Source: an uncultured Oscillospiraceae bacterium
GTDB lineage: Bacteria; Bacillota; Clostridia; Oscillospirales; Ruminococcaceae
Direction of reading: 5' to 3'
Assembly (NCBI GenBank): GCA_964368445.1
Contig: CAYJAY010000009.1
Coordinates: 4,032 to 68,031 of the forward strand
Length of the DNA stretch: 64,000 bases
The position numbers and the translations under genes were made by a program. Positions 30,826-40,597 of this stretch are shown here, piece by piece. How positions within the stretch are numbered: the stretch's first letter is position 1; the number at the start of each line of letters is the position of its first letter. Below the pieces are notes generated by a model. The model ran no database searches. It was not told the DNA's origin and saw only the letters and a list, made by a program, of their open reading frames with translations.

Positions 30826-31009
30826 AACCCCGAACCTCTACAATCAGCTATCCGTAGGGGAGAGACTGCACGAAGATGAACTGAATGCAGCGTGGACAGC
30901 GTGGAACGAACATGGAGAAATAATTTCCCTCATACACACTTCCTAAATCACAATATTTAAAGTATAATATAAAAAGATAATAACGTTTTAAAAAGGAGCA
31001 TGAAAAAAA

Positions 31010-34000
31010 GTGTACAACAAAGTCACTACAGATCTTAACTTTGTCGCAAGAGAAAAAGAGATCGAACAGTTTTGGAAACAAAACGAAATCTTCATGAAAA
31101 CAATTAACAACCGCGAGGGGTGCGAAAACTATAGTTTCTATGACGGTCCCCCCACGGCTAACGGTAAACCGCATATAGGACACGTTTTAACACGTGTTAT
31201 AAAAGATATGATACCGAGATACCACGTCATGAAGGGGAAAAAAAGCATACGTAAAGCCGGTTGGGACACACATGGGCTTCCGGTTGAACTTGAAGTTGAA
31301 AAAGAAATCGGCATAAACGGAAAAGAACAGATAGAAGAATATGGCCTTGAACCGTTTATCGCGAAATGCAAAGAGAGCGTTTGGCGATATAAAGGCATGT
31401 GGGAAGATTTTTCCGACACGGTTGGTTTCTGGGCGAACATGGACGATCCGTATGTAACGTATGAAAACAATTTTATCGAATCTTCGTGGTGGTCACTTAA
31501 AAAGATATGGGACAAAGGGCTTCTTTTCAAAGGCTATAAAACTGTGCCATACTGTCCGCGTTGTGGAACTCCGCTTTCTTCACACGAAGTTGCACAAGGG
31601 TACAAAGACGTTAAAGATACCTCGGCTATAGCTAAGTTTAAGCTTAAAGACGAAGAGGGTTATTTTCTTGCGTGGACAACCACTCCGTGGACGCTTCCGT
31701 CCAACGTTGCGCTTTGTGTTAACGCAAAAGAGACATATTCTAAAATCAAAACCGAAGGTGGCGAAATTTATATTCTTGCAAAAGAATTGATAGATAGCGT
31801 TATCGAAGAAAAATACGAAACGTTGCAAGAATATAAAGGCAAAGAGCTTGAAAACAAAGAGTATATTCCACTTTGGGATTTTGCAAAGGTAGATAAAAAA
31901 GCGTTCTATGTTCTTTGCGATAGCTATGTAACGCTTTCGGACGGCACGGGAATTGTTCACATCGCGCCGGCTTTCGGCGAAGACGACTCGAGGCTTGGAC
32001 GTCTTTATGACCTGCCGCTTGTTCAGTTTGTCGACGGCAAAGGAGAAATGACAAGCGAAACAAAATGGGCGGGCGTTTATGTTAAAGATGCCGACCTCAT
32101 GATTTTGAAAGACCTCCACGAAAGCGGGCTTCTTTTCAAAAAAATGTCGTATAAACATAACTATCCACATTGTTGGCGTTGTGACACTCCGCTTTTGTAT
32201 TATGCGAGGGAATCTTGGTTTATCAAGATGACGGCGGTTAAAGAACAACTTATCGCAAACAACAACACGATAAACTGGATACCGGAAAGCATCGGTAAAG
32301 GCCGTTTTGGCGATTGGCTCGAAAATGTTCAAGACTGGGGACTTAGCCGAAACAGATATTGGGGAACTCCGCTTAACATCTGGGAATGCGGTTGTGGTCA
32401 TATGCATTCGATTGGTTCTATCGAAGAACTAAAATCAATGTCGGACAACTGCCCCGACGACATCGAACTCCATCGCCCGTTTATCGATAACGTTACGATT
32501 AAATGCGAAAAATGCTCTGCGCAGATGAAAAGGGTTGAAGAGGTTATCGACTGTTGGTATGACAGCGGGGCGATGCCTTTTGCACAGTTTCACTATCCGT
32601 TTGAAAACAAAGAGCTTTTTGAAGAAAACTTCCCGGCAGATTTCATCTCGGAAGCGGTCGACCAAACGAGAGGTTGGTTCTATTCCTTGCTTGCAATATC
32701 AACGCTTGTTTTTGACAAAGCTCCGTTTAAAAACGTCATAGTCATGGGACATGTTCAGGACGAAAACGGACAAAAGATGAGCAAATCGAAAGGCAACGCA
32801 GTCGACCCGTTCGACGCATTGTCGCAACATGGTGCAGATGCAATTCGTTGGTATTTCTATGAAAACTCGGCGCCGTGGATCCCGAACAGGTTCCATGCCG
32901 GCGCAGTTACCGAAGGGCAAAGAAAGTTTCTTGGAACGTTGTGGAACACATATGCATTCTTTGTGCTCTATGCCAACATAGATAAATTTGACGCGACAAA
33001 GTATAAACTTGAGTATGACAAACTTTCGGTCATGGATAAATGGCTGATTTCAAGGCTTAACTCTACAGTTGAAAAAGCGGATATGCACCTTGCAAACTAC
33101 GAGATTCCGGAAACCGCAAGGGTCTTGCAAGACTTTGTCGACGAGCTTAGCAACTGGTATGTCAGAAGAAGCCGTGAACGTTTCTGGGGCAAAGAGATGA
33201 CCGAAGACAAGGTAAATGCGTTTATGACGCTGTATACCGCCCTTGTGACGCTCTCCAAAGCGGCAGCTCCAATGATACCGTTTATGACAGAACAGATATA
33301 CAGAAACCTTGTGTGCACGGTTGATAAAACTGCTCTTGAAAGCGTACACCTTTGCGACTATCCCGAAGCCGACCAAAAACTCATAGACAAGCAACTTGAA
33401 AAAGAGATGGAACTGGTTCTTAAAATTGTTGGACTTGGAAGAGCGGCGCGAAACGAAGCTAACATCAAAAACCGCCAGCCAATCGCAAAGATATACTTTA
33501 AATCGGCGTTTGAACTTTCAAGCTTCTATCAAGGTATAATCAAAGACGAGCTTAACGTCAAAGAAGTTGAATATAAAACCGACCTTGAAGGGTTTGCCGA
33601 CTATATCTTTAAACCGCAACTTAAAACGTTAGGGCCAAAGTTCGGTAAGAAGATAGGCGCTATCAAAAACACGCTTATGGAACTTGATGGCAGGGCGGCA
33701 ATGGCACAGCTTAACCAAAACGGAAAGCTCGACATAACGGTCGACGGAGAAACGCTATCGCTTGTTACCGAAGACCTTTTGATTGAACAGAAAAAGAGCG
33801 AGGGCAACGTTTCGATGACCGACGGAGAAAACACCGTGGTTCTTGACACAAATCTTTCGGAAGAGCTAATCGACGAAGGTTTAAAACGTGAGATTATAAG
33901 TAAAATCCAAACTATGAGAAAAGATGCAGGATTTGATGTTATGGATAACATCAACGTGTATTTAAAATCGACCGATCGTATCGAAGCGGTTGTAAATAAA

Positions 34001-34123
34001 TTCATGTCTGACATCGCGACCGATGTTCTTGCCAAAAACCTATTCGTTTCGCAACAAAAAGATGGCGGAAAAGAATGGAACATTAACGGCGAAAATGCAA
34101 TTATAGCGGTTGAAAAGATATAA
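31010..34123 (+). CDS. ileS: Isoleucine--tRNA ligase (type 2, long form)
   Basis: HIGH motif PPTANGKPHIGH, KMSKS motif, 1037 aa. The GTG start is 11 nt after an aaaaggag RBS. Confidence 0.95.
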   Translation: MYNKVTTDLNFVAREKEIEQFWKQNEIFMKTINNREGCENYSFYDGPPTANGKPHIGHVLTRVIKDMIPRYHVMKGKKSIRKAGWDTHGLPVELEVEKEIGINGKEQIEEYGLEPFIAKCKESVWRYKGMWEDFSDTVGFWANMDDPYVTYENNFIESSWWSLKKIWDKGLLFKGYKTVPYCPRCGTPLSSHEVAQGYKDVKDTSAIAKFKLKDEEGYFLAWTTTPWTLPSNVALCVNAKETYSKIKTEGGEIYILAKELIDSVIEEKYETLQEYKGKELENKEYIPLWDFAKVDKKAFYVLCDSYVTLSDGTGIVHIAPAFGEDDSRLGRLYDLPLVQFVDGKGEMTSETKWAGVYVKDADLMILKDLHESGLLFKKMSYKHNYPHCWRCDTPLLYYARESWFIKMTAVKEQLIANNNTINWIPESIGKGRFGDWLENVQDWGLSRNRYWGTPLNIWECGCGHMHSIGSIEELKSMSDNCPDDIELHRPFIDNVTIKCEKCSAQMKRVEEVIDCWYDSGAMPFAQFHYPFENKELFEENFPADFISEAVDQTRGWFYSLLAISTLVFDKAPFKNVIVMGHVQDENGQKMSKSKGNAVDPFDALSQHGADAIRWYFYENSAPWIPNRFHAGAVTEGQRKFLGTLWNTYAFFVLYANIDKFDATKYKLEYDKLSVMDKWLISRLNSTVEKADMHLANYEIPETARVLQDFVDELSNWYVRRSRERFWGKEMTEDKVNAFMTLYTALVTLSKAAAPMIPFMTEQIYRNLVCTVDKTALESVHLCDYPEADQKLIDKQLEKEMELVLKIVGLGRAARNEANIKNRQPIAKIYFKSAFELSSFYQGIIKDELNVKEVEYKTDLEGFADYIFKPQLKTLGPKFGKKIGAIKNTLMELDGRAAMAQLNQNGKLDITVDGETLSLVTEDLLIEQKKSEGNVSMTDGENTVVLDTNLSEELIDEGLKREIISKIQTMRKDAGFDVMDNINVYLKSTDRIEAVVNKFMSDIATDVLAKNLFVSQQKDGGKEWNINGENAIIAVEKI

Positions 34124-34145
34124 AAAAATAATACTGAAACATAAA

Positions 34146-34187
34146 AAACAACCGGCACAGTGGGCTTTCCACAGTGTCGGTTGTTTT
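34146..34187. terminator. Bidirectional terminator between convergent ileS and the diguanylate cyclase gene
   Basis: caaccggcacagtgg pairs with ccacagtgtcggttg (two mismatches), with A-rich and T-rich flanks. Confidence 0.6.
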
Positions 34188-34206
34188 GGTATAAAGATAG
34201 TGAAAT

Positions 34207-35646
34207 CTAGTTGATAAGTTTAAAGTATTGTTCCATTGTAAGGAACTCGCCTTCGTGGCAAAAACGAACGGTGCCTCGGCCGTCTTTTTTAACGCGATAC
34301 ATTGCGGTGTCCGCAAGATGGAAGATGTCCTTGGAGTTTTTGGCATCGGTTGGATAGTGTGCTACACCTATACTACAGTTGCACCCAATATCTTGTCCTT
34401 CATAGCTGTATCTTTTGCGGAAGATAGCGAACAGGTCATCTATAACTCCGGCGATAAAATCCTTTGAGCCTTTGTCTTTCAGAAGAACAACAAATTCGTC
34501 GCCACCTTGGCGATATGCCCTGATGTATTCCGAGGAGGCGTTTTTAAGGTCGTTTGCAATCCCAATCAACAGAACGTCGCCGGCTTGATGTCCAAACGTG
34601 TCGTTTACCGATTTAAATCCGTCAAGATCGATAAAAAGCAGATACCACTCTTCGCCAAAAACCTGTTTATTTCCTATAAACGATTGAATATCGTCGTGTA
34701 GACTTCTTCTGTTTGGAAGCCCCGTTAAATGATCAAACAAAGCCAGTTTTTCTATAAGCAGCTGGTTTCTTTTGTTTTCGGTTATGTCAACACTTGCGAC
34801 TAGGTGGGCTATTCGTCCGTCTGTCCACGTGAAAGAGGAACTGAGAACTCGAAACCAAGATTTATCAAACGGACGTTCATAATCCCACGTATATGTTTTG
34901 TTTGGTTCTCCATTCTCGTCAAGCAGTTTCGGTTGCGGACAAAATTCACATTGTTCCACTTTATCGTTGAAGATAGACCCCCAACATTTTTTGCCTATCA
35001 TATTTTTGACGCCGCCATAAGGCGCTGCCATAGATTTGTTTACATATAATACGTCGTGTGTGTAATAGTCGTTAACGTATATGTCGATTCCGATGTGGTC
35101 AAGAACGTTGCTTAAAGCTTCCTCGGTGTTTGCTATTCCTTTTTGAAACATCTCAAGCTTAATTTCGTTTGCAAGTAAAGACAATAAAGAGCACGACTTT
35201 TCTATATCGATCGCCACAGAGTGCCTAGCTTTTCTTCGACGGTCTCCAAGCCCAACAAACCCGGCCAGCTCATAGTGTTGGTTTAGTATTGGAATAAATA
35301 TCAGTGTGTTGACGTTTAAAATTTCGGATAGTTTTTTCTCAAGCTGATTTTTTTCTTTTTCGCCGGAAAATGTAATAACTTTTTTTGAACAAAGTTCACT
35401 TAAAAGCTCACGCCCTAAAAGTTTTTTTATATTAAGGGTGTCTAAAAGAGAAATTGTTTTAACCGTTTCAACATATTCTTTTTTGTGAAAATCTCCCGAA
35501 TGATCTGATTCATAGATGAAAGCGTGGGAAATATCAAAAAAAAGACAGATGTCTTTTAAAAAATTGTGTTTAGACAGCTCTTGTTCGTTTAATATGCTGA
35601 GTTTCTCTATCATCATTTGAAAAAAATTTTCAACCGAGCTGCTCAT
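34207..35646 (-). CDS. Diguanylate cyclase with GAF-like and PAS sensory regions (GGDEF domain)
   Basis: C-terminal RQGGDEFVVLL active-site motif. The start was moved to the internal ATG preceded by an aggggga RBS. Confidence 0.8.
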   Translation of the reverse strand: MSSSVENFFQMMIEKLSILNEQELSKHNFLKDICLFFDISHAFIYESDHSGDFHKKEYVETVKTISLLDTLNIKKLLGRELLSELCSKKVITFSGEKEKNQLEKKLSEILNVNTLIFIPILNQHYELAGFVGLGDRRRKARHSVAIDIEKSCSLLSLLANEIKLEMFQKGIANTEEALSNVLDHIGIDIYVNDYYTHDVLYVNKSMAAPYGGVKNMIGKKCWGSIFNDKVEQCEFCPQPKLLDENGEPNKTYTWDYERPFDKSWFRVLSSSFTWTDGRIAHLVASVDITENKRNQLLIEKLALFDHLTGLPNRRSLHDDIQSFIGNKQVFGEEWYLLFIDLDGFKSVNDTFGHQAGDVLLIGIANDLKNASSEYIRAYRQGGDEFVVLLKDKGSKDFIAGVIDDLFAIFRKRYSYEGQDIGCNCSIGVAHYPTDAKNSKDIFHLADTAMYRVKKDGRGTVRFCHEGEFLTMEQYFKLIN

Positions 35647-35800
35647 TAAAAATCCCCCTGTTAATAATGGACTGTTTTTGTAAAACATAGGTATTATATC
35701 ATGTTAATATTATTAATTCAATTTAAATCTGTTAAAATTTATTAATAAACAATTAAAAAACCATAACAATATAAAATAGCTATGGTTTATAGGATTACAA

Positions 35801-36004
35801 TTATAACAAAAACTCTGAAGGGTCATGGATTTTTAATTTTTCTGTGCGCTTTGGAGTTCTTTTAGATGGGTCATACTGAAACTTTTTACATCTTGAATAA
35901 GGGGAAACCACACCTTTGTATGAGCATAATAAAGGAGAAGTAGGTTTCTTTTTTTTGCCGTTTAAACAGTATTCACAAGCCGGAGTTATGTCGAAATTAA
36001 ACAT
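35801..36004 (-). CDS. Small Cys-rich conserved hypothetical protein
   Basis: MFNFDITPACEYCLNGKKK...CKKFQYDPSKRTP pattern. The alternative upstream start at 36064 cannot be excluded. Confidence 0.4.
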   Translation of the reverse strand: MFNFDITPACEYCLNGKKKKPTSPLLCSYKGVVSPYSRCKKFQYDPSKRTPKRTEKLKIHDPSEFLL

Positions 36005-36133
36005 AGTCACTTCTTTTGGCTTTTTAAGTTTGCCGATATATCCCATGCTTTTAATGTCTTTCATCTTTAATGTTCACCTGTAAAAATAATTTGTTAACTA
36101 TATATATTAAGTATAAAAAAAAATAGAAAAATG

Positions 36134-37195
36134 TCAAACGATATTGAAACTTTTTTTGCCGAAAAGTAAAACCAACGCCACCAAAAGAAGAACAACCGAG
36201 CTTAAAGGGGAATAGCTAAACGGAAGTTTAACGGCATCGTGGTTTAAAACGGCGACATTTAAAGTTATTGGAAAAAATGTGAGGAAAAGTTTTGTGAACA
36301 CAGCAGATACTGTGAAGTGGATCACCCTTGAAATAAAGAAATATCTCAGAGTTATATTATAACCGAAAAAAATCGATTTAATCTGCATGACGACAGAAAA
36401 ACCACACATCGAAACAGCAAAAATAACAAAGTAAATCTTAAATTCAAACCCACTGCTCGCGATAACTGTAACAGCATTTGTTACTTCGATCAGCGATATA
36501 GCGACACAACCGACGTAAGAATTGACCAACGGAACGAAAAAAACTTTTAAAAATTCAATTATAAACGAAAACAACACGATAAAACCCGAGATAGTCGCAA
36601 GGGCGTTGATTGAAGATTTAACCGAATCGATAATGTTTGGATTTGGCTTTATGTTGTTGTATGTTTTTTTGTTTTCGATTAAACCACAACTACCCTTAAA
36701 AATACAAAAACAAAATAAAGATGCTATCGAAGATGAGATAAATATAATTAACCCTAATAACGAGCTGTTAAACAAAGAAAAACCAACTATGCCGATTAAA
36801 AATCCGGGGCCGGGATTAACAAAACCGGAAAGCATCCGCGAGGCAGTTTGTCGATCTATATCCTCGCTGTCTAAAAGATTTCTGATCATCAAAGCCCCGC
36901 TTGGATAACCGCTTATGAGGCTTAAAAAAAACAAGGTAAAAAATTTTGGTTTTTCGCCGTTCCCCGAGATAGCTTTCGAAATGTAATCGGTCAATATTAA
37001 AATTGGAAAAAGGGACGGTATTATCGAGTTTAACACAAGTTCAACCCCGTTTGCGACCCCGATTTTAGTTATCTCTTGAAAACAAAGCGACAGTATTAAT
37101 ATTAAAACCGCAGCACCAGCCTTTAGAAAAGTTATTATTTTTATTGTACTTGTAACTATAAACAAACCACTGCTCCTTATGTGAATACGTAACAA
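36134..37195 (-). CDS. ylbJ: Sporulation integral membrane protein YlbJ-like (nucleoside-recognition-domain membrane protein)
   Basis: About 350 aa and polytopic. N-terminal GVELVLNSIIPSLFPILILTDYI resembles YlbJ. It lies next to yqfC/yqfD. Confidence 0.5.
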   Translation of the reverse strand: MLRIHIRSSGLFIVTSTIKIITFLKAGAAVLILILSLCFQEITKIGVANGVELVLNSIIPSLFPILILTDYISKAISGNGEKPKFFTLFFLSLISGYPSGALMIRNLLDSEDIDRQTASRMLSGFVNPGPGFLIGIVGFSLFNSSLLGLIIFISSSIASLFCFCIFKGSCGLIENKKTYNNIKPNPNIIDSVKSSINALATISGFIVLFSFIIEFLKVFFVPLVNSYVGCVAISLIEVTNAVTVIASSGFEFKIYFVIFAVSMCGFSVVMQIKSIFFGYNITLRYFFISRVIHFTVSAVFTKLFLTFFPITLNVAVLNHDAVKLPFSYSPLSSVVLLLVALVLLFGKKSFNIV

Positions 37196-37302
37196 TCATG
37201 ATGAATATATATTAAACGTATGCAACTGATATGAAGAAATATATCTTTAACTTGAAAATTTGAACTTTGTGACGGTTTGATTTTTGTAAAAAGGAGGGCA
37301 GA

Positions 37303-37581
37303 ATGTATATGAAAAAAAACAAGATTGATTTAAATAGTGAACTTAAACAAAGCTTGTTGTTCGAGCTTACTTCGGCAATTAGAATTGTTGGAGACAGCGC
37401 AATTACAATAGAGGGTTGCACAGGTATAATAGCATATACCGATAGCAAACTTGTTATAAAAATGAAAGAGTTTAACCTTTCGATTAAGGGGGACAACATC
37501 TTGATTACAAAGATGAGCAGAAAAGAGTTTAATATCATAGGTAAGATTAGTGGATTGGAGTTTTTTCCGAATGATTGTTAA
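37303..37581 (+). CDS. yqfC: Sporulation protein YqfC (YabP family)
   Basis: Has SAITIEGCTGIIAYTDSKLVIKMKEFNLSIKGDNILI and sits immediately before yqfD. Confidence 0.75.
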   Translation: MYMKKNKIDLNSELKQSLLFELTSAIRIVGDSAITIEGCTGIIAYTDSKLVIKMKEFNLSIKGDNILITKMSRKEFNIIGKISGLEFFPNDC

Positions 37582-38749
37582 TTTTTTTAATCTGCCTAAA
37601 GCTTTTGGATATATAACCGTCGAGTCAAGAGGAGGTTTTTTTGAAAAAATTTTGGAAACGGCGGCAAAAAAAGGCCACCTTATTTGGAACATCAGAAAAG
37701 ATAAAAATAAAATTCTTTTTAATGCAGAGATAAAAAGTTATCGCTTTTTGCGACAGGTTGCGAGAAAAAATCAATGTAGAATAAGGATTGCTAAAAAATG
37801 CGGAATTTATTTTCGTATTAAAGAGATAAGAAATGTTAAACGTTTGCCGTTTGGAATTGCGTCTTTTTTTATAACGTTATATGTTCTTGGGGGATACATC
37901 TTCTCTATAAACATAAATGGTGAAATCCCGTTTGAAAGATCGGTTTTCTTTGACATTCTCGAACAAGCATCGGTGACATATTTTGCCCCGATTAGTGATA
38001 TAGACGCAGGTGCCGCAAAACAAACAATCCTTATAAATGCCAACGAATTTTCTTTTGTTGCGATTAACCTGTCATATGGCAAAGCCGAAATAGAACTTCG
38101 TACACAAAAAGAAAGACAAGAGGTGGACGAGGGGACTTTTGGAAACCTCGTTGCAAAGCGAGATGCTGTTATTTACTCTATCGATACAAACAGCGGTAAG
38201 GCGGTGGTTTCCCCTAAAGATGTTGTAAAAAAAGGAGAACTGTTAATCGAACAGGCGGATGTTAAAAACGAAAATTCATGGGTTCAAGGAACGATAGCGG
38301 AAGTTATCGGTACAACCGATCATAGGTTTGAAGTTAGGATAAGCAAAAACAAAACGATATCGAGTGAAACGGGAAATGAGAGTACATCCTATTTTATAGA
38401 TTTTAACGGGCAAATAATAACCCTTAAAGATCATTCGCCAAATATAAATCTTTTTGAAACGACAAACGAAAAAAAACAGGTGATTATCTTTGGTTGCGAA
38501 TTGCCGATTTATTTTGTCAAACAACAAAATTTTGAGGTTACAAACGAGCAAAAATCAAGAACTTCTGTCGAGATTGAACAAATTTTAGAGGATTTTATAG
38601 AACAATACCTAGAGGGAAATACTACCAAAAGTGAAATTATTGACAAACAAATTGAGCAAAAAGATGACAAAAACTCGTATATTTACCATGTTACATTGAA
38701 ATTACGCGAATCTATAGGGGTTTCAGTTTGGCAGGTTGACGAAAATTAA
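37550..38749 (+). CDS. yqfD: Stage IV sporulation protein YqfD
   Basis: About 390 aa with a single central TM helix and conserved position between yqfC and phoH. The exact start is uncertain (37550 or 37568). Confidence 0.7.
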   Translation: MDWSFFRMIVNFFNLPKAFGYITVESRGGFFEKILETAAKKGHLIWNIRKDKNKILFNAEIKSYRFLRQVARKNQCRIRIAKKCGIYFRIKEIRNVKRLPFGIASFFITLYVLGGYIFSININGEIPFERSVFFDILEQASVTYFAPISDIDAGAAKQTILINANEFSFVAINLSYGKAEIELRTQKERQEVDEGTFGNLVAKRDAVIYSIDTNSGKAVVSPKDVVKKGELLIEQADVKNENSWVQGTIAEVIGTTDHRFEVRISKNKTISSETGNESTSYFIDFNGQIITLKDHSPNINLFETTNEKKQVIIFGCELPIYFVKQQNFEVTNEQKSRTSVEIEQILEDFIEQYLEGNTTKSEIIDKQIEQKDDKNSYIYHVTLKLRESIGVSVWQVDEN

Positions 38750-38825
38750 AAAATTCTTATTTAACATGTATACAAATTAATATATTTTTGCTAAAATAAG
38801 GTGTAAAAAAACGAGCCTAAAAAGC

Positions 38826-39821
38826 TTGATGTGTCGGAAGGAAAATTTAATGGTGCAAAGCGAAATAAAATTTAATAATCCGGAGGTTGCGGCGTTGGTT
38901 TTCGGCAACCTTGACGAGAACCTTTCGGTTATTGAAAAAGAGTTTTGTATCGAGGCAATTGGCAGAGGAGACGTTGTTTCGTTTGCCGGAGAAAACGGTG
39001 CGGTTGAGCAAGCGATTAAAGCGGTTGAGGCGATGAAAAAGTTTATCGAAACAAACGGTTCACTCGATGACCAAACTTTAAGATATTGCATTAACCTTGC
39101 AAAATCGGAACAAGAGGGTGAACTTTCAAAGCTTGATGGGTCGCACATTCTGATAACTGCAAAAGGTAAACCGATTAAACCGAAGACGTTGGGTCAAAAA
39201 AAGTATGTAGAAGCAATAAGCAACAACTTCATAGTTTTTGGGATTGGTCCTGCCGGAACTGGAAAGACATATCTTGCGGTGACGATGGCGGTTAAAGCCC
39301 TTAAAAATCATGAAGTTTCAAGAATTATCCTAACTCGCCCTGCGGTAGAGGCGGGGGAAAAGCTTGGCTTTTTGCCGGGAGACCTTCAAAACAAGGTTGA
39401 CCCGTATCTGCGTCCGCTTTATGATGCGCTTTTTGACACAATGGGTCCCGAAGCATTTCAAAAGCAACTTGAAAAGGGGATTATAGAGGTAGCACCTCTT
39501 GCATATATGAGAGGAAGAACACTTGATTCGGCGTTTGTAATATTAGACGAAGCGCAAAATACAACGCCGGAACAGATGAAGATGTTTTTAACAAGGCTTG
39601 GAGCCGGCTCAAAGATGGTTGTTAACGGCGATGTAACCCAAATTGATTTGTCGGATAACCAACGGTCGGGACTTCTCGAAGCTACGAGGATACTTAAAAA
39701 CATCGAAGGCATAGACCGTATAACGTTCACGGACAAAGATGTCGTAAGATTTCGGCTTGTAGGCGATATAGTCAAAGCCTATGAACGAGCAGAGAAAACA
39801 AATACAAGGAGAAAAGTTTGA
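38826..39821 (+). CDS. phoH: PhoH-family ATPase
   Basis: Walker A GPAGTGKTYLAV and Walker B ILDEAQN. The start is uncertain; an alternative ATG lies at 38850. Confidence 0.85.
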   Translation: MMCRKENLMVQSEIKFNNPEVAALVFGNLDENLSVIEKEFCIEAIGRGDVVSFAGENGAVEQAIKAVEAMKKFIETNGSLDDQTLRYCINLAKSEQEGELSKLDGSHILITAKGKPIKPKTLGQKKYVEAISNNFIVFGIGPAGTGKTYLAVTMAVKALKNHEVSRIILTRPAVEAGEKLGFLPGDLQNKVDPYLRPLYDALFDTMGPEAFQKQLEKGIIEVAPLAYMRGRTLDSAFVILDEAQNTTPEQMKMFLTRLGAGSKMVVNGDVTQIDLSDNQRSGLLEATRILKNIEGIDRITFTDKDVVRFRLVGDIVKAYERAEKTNTRRKV

Positions 39822-39873
39822 GCTTTCAAGTAACACGCACAAACCAAAAAATAAGAAAGGAAAGGTCATAACT

Positions 39874-40368
39874 ATGGCTAACAAAGTTTTAATTACAAAT
39901 AAACAGGAAGATTTTAAAATTCCGTCTGGGACTCGTCTACTTATTAGAAGATGTTGCAACGCGGTTTTGCTTAACGAAGATTTTAATCACCCTACCGAAA
40001 TTGGGGTAACTTTTGTCGACAACAACGAGATAAAAGAGCTTAATTCAAAGTTCAGAAACAAAGACAGCGTTACCGATGTCTTGTCTTTTCCACAGTTTGA
40101 GAATATACAAGACGTAGCGGTAGACCCCCAAAAAGGAATTGTGCATCTTGGCGATATAGTTTTGTCGGTTGAAAAGGCGGCGGAGCAAGCCGAGGAATAT
40201 AACCACAGTTTCCAACGCGAGATAGCATATCTAACGGTACATTCAATGCTTCATCTTTTGGGTTATCACCATGAGGGCGGTGGACTTCAAGAGGTTCACA
40301 TGCGCGAAAAAGAAGAGGAAGTTTTGAAGAAACTTGGCCTTCAACGTGGTTTCAGTTATACCGAATAA
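39874..40368 (+). CDS. ybeY: rRNA maturation endoribonuclease YbeY
   Basis: HSMLHLLGYHH zinc motif. The ATG at 39874 follows an aagaaaggaaagg RBS. Confidence 0.85.
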   Translation: MANKVLITNKQEDFKIPSGTRLLIRRCCNAVLLNEDFNHPTEIGVTFVDNNEIKELNSKFRNKDSVTDVLSFPQFENIQDVAVDPQKGIVHLGDIVLSVEKAAEQAEEYNHSFQREIAYLTVHSMLHLLGYHHEGGGLQEVHMREKEEEVLKKLGLQRGFSYTE

Positions 40369-40454
40369 TAAAACAAAAAGCAAAAACAACGAAATAGGAT
40401 TTAGCCAAGTTAAATGGCGACAGGATTTGTGCGAAAAATTTAGTTGTAATATTT

Positions 40455-40494
40455 TATAGGGGGGCTTTTATGCCCTCCTATAATTTGGTATAAT
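40455..40494 (+). promoter_or_regulatory. Strong hairpin followed by an extended -10 element upstream of era
   Basis: tataggggggc-ttttat-gccctcctata (40455-40482) is followed by TGgTATAAT (40486-40494). Confidence 0.4.
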
Positions 40495-40597
40495 TACAAT
40501 GTATTAAGCTTCACTTGTGGTGGAAATGATGAAAATCTTCGGTGTCTTTTTGTCACGAAAATTTTGATATAATAAATAAATTAAGGATAAATATCTA

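Noticed and set aside
30826-31009. Possible T-box leader upstream of ileS (GTGGAAC fragment, GAGAGA)
   Set aside because: Only a 7-nt partial match to the T-box core is present. I could find no specifier loop, no antiterminator/terminator alternative and no U-tract. This needs a covariance-model scan to settle.
30848-31183. 111-aa minus-strand ORF across the glmS-ileS spacer
   Set aside because: It runs antisense into the ileS start and across the repeat region, and there is no supporting signal.
31580-32407. 275-aa antisense ORF, together with other long antisense ORFs at 33601-34158, 43996-44535, 22408-22941, 62824-63327, 7645-8091 and 56679-57119
   Set aside because: All are shadow ORFs opposite strongly supported genes (ileS, mutS2, the ABC permeases, the kinase, sdaA). 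Their compositions are low-complexity and basic or Ser-rich, and they have no RBS.
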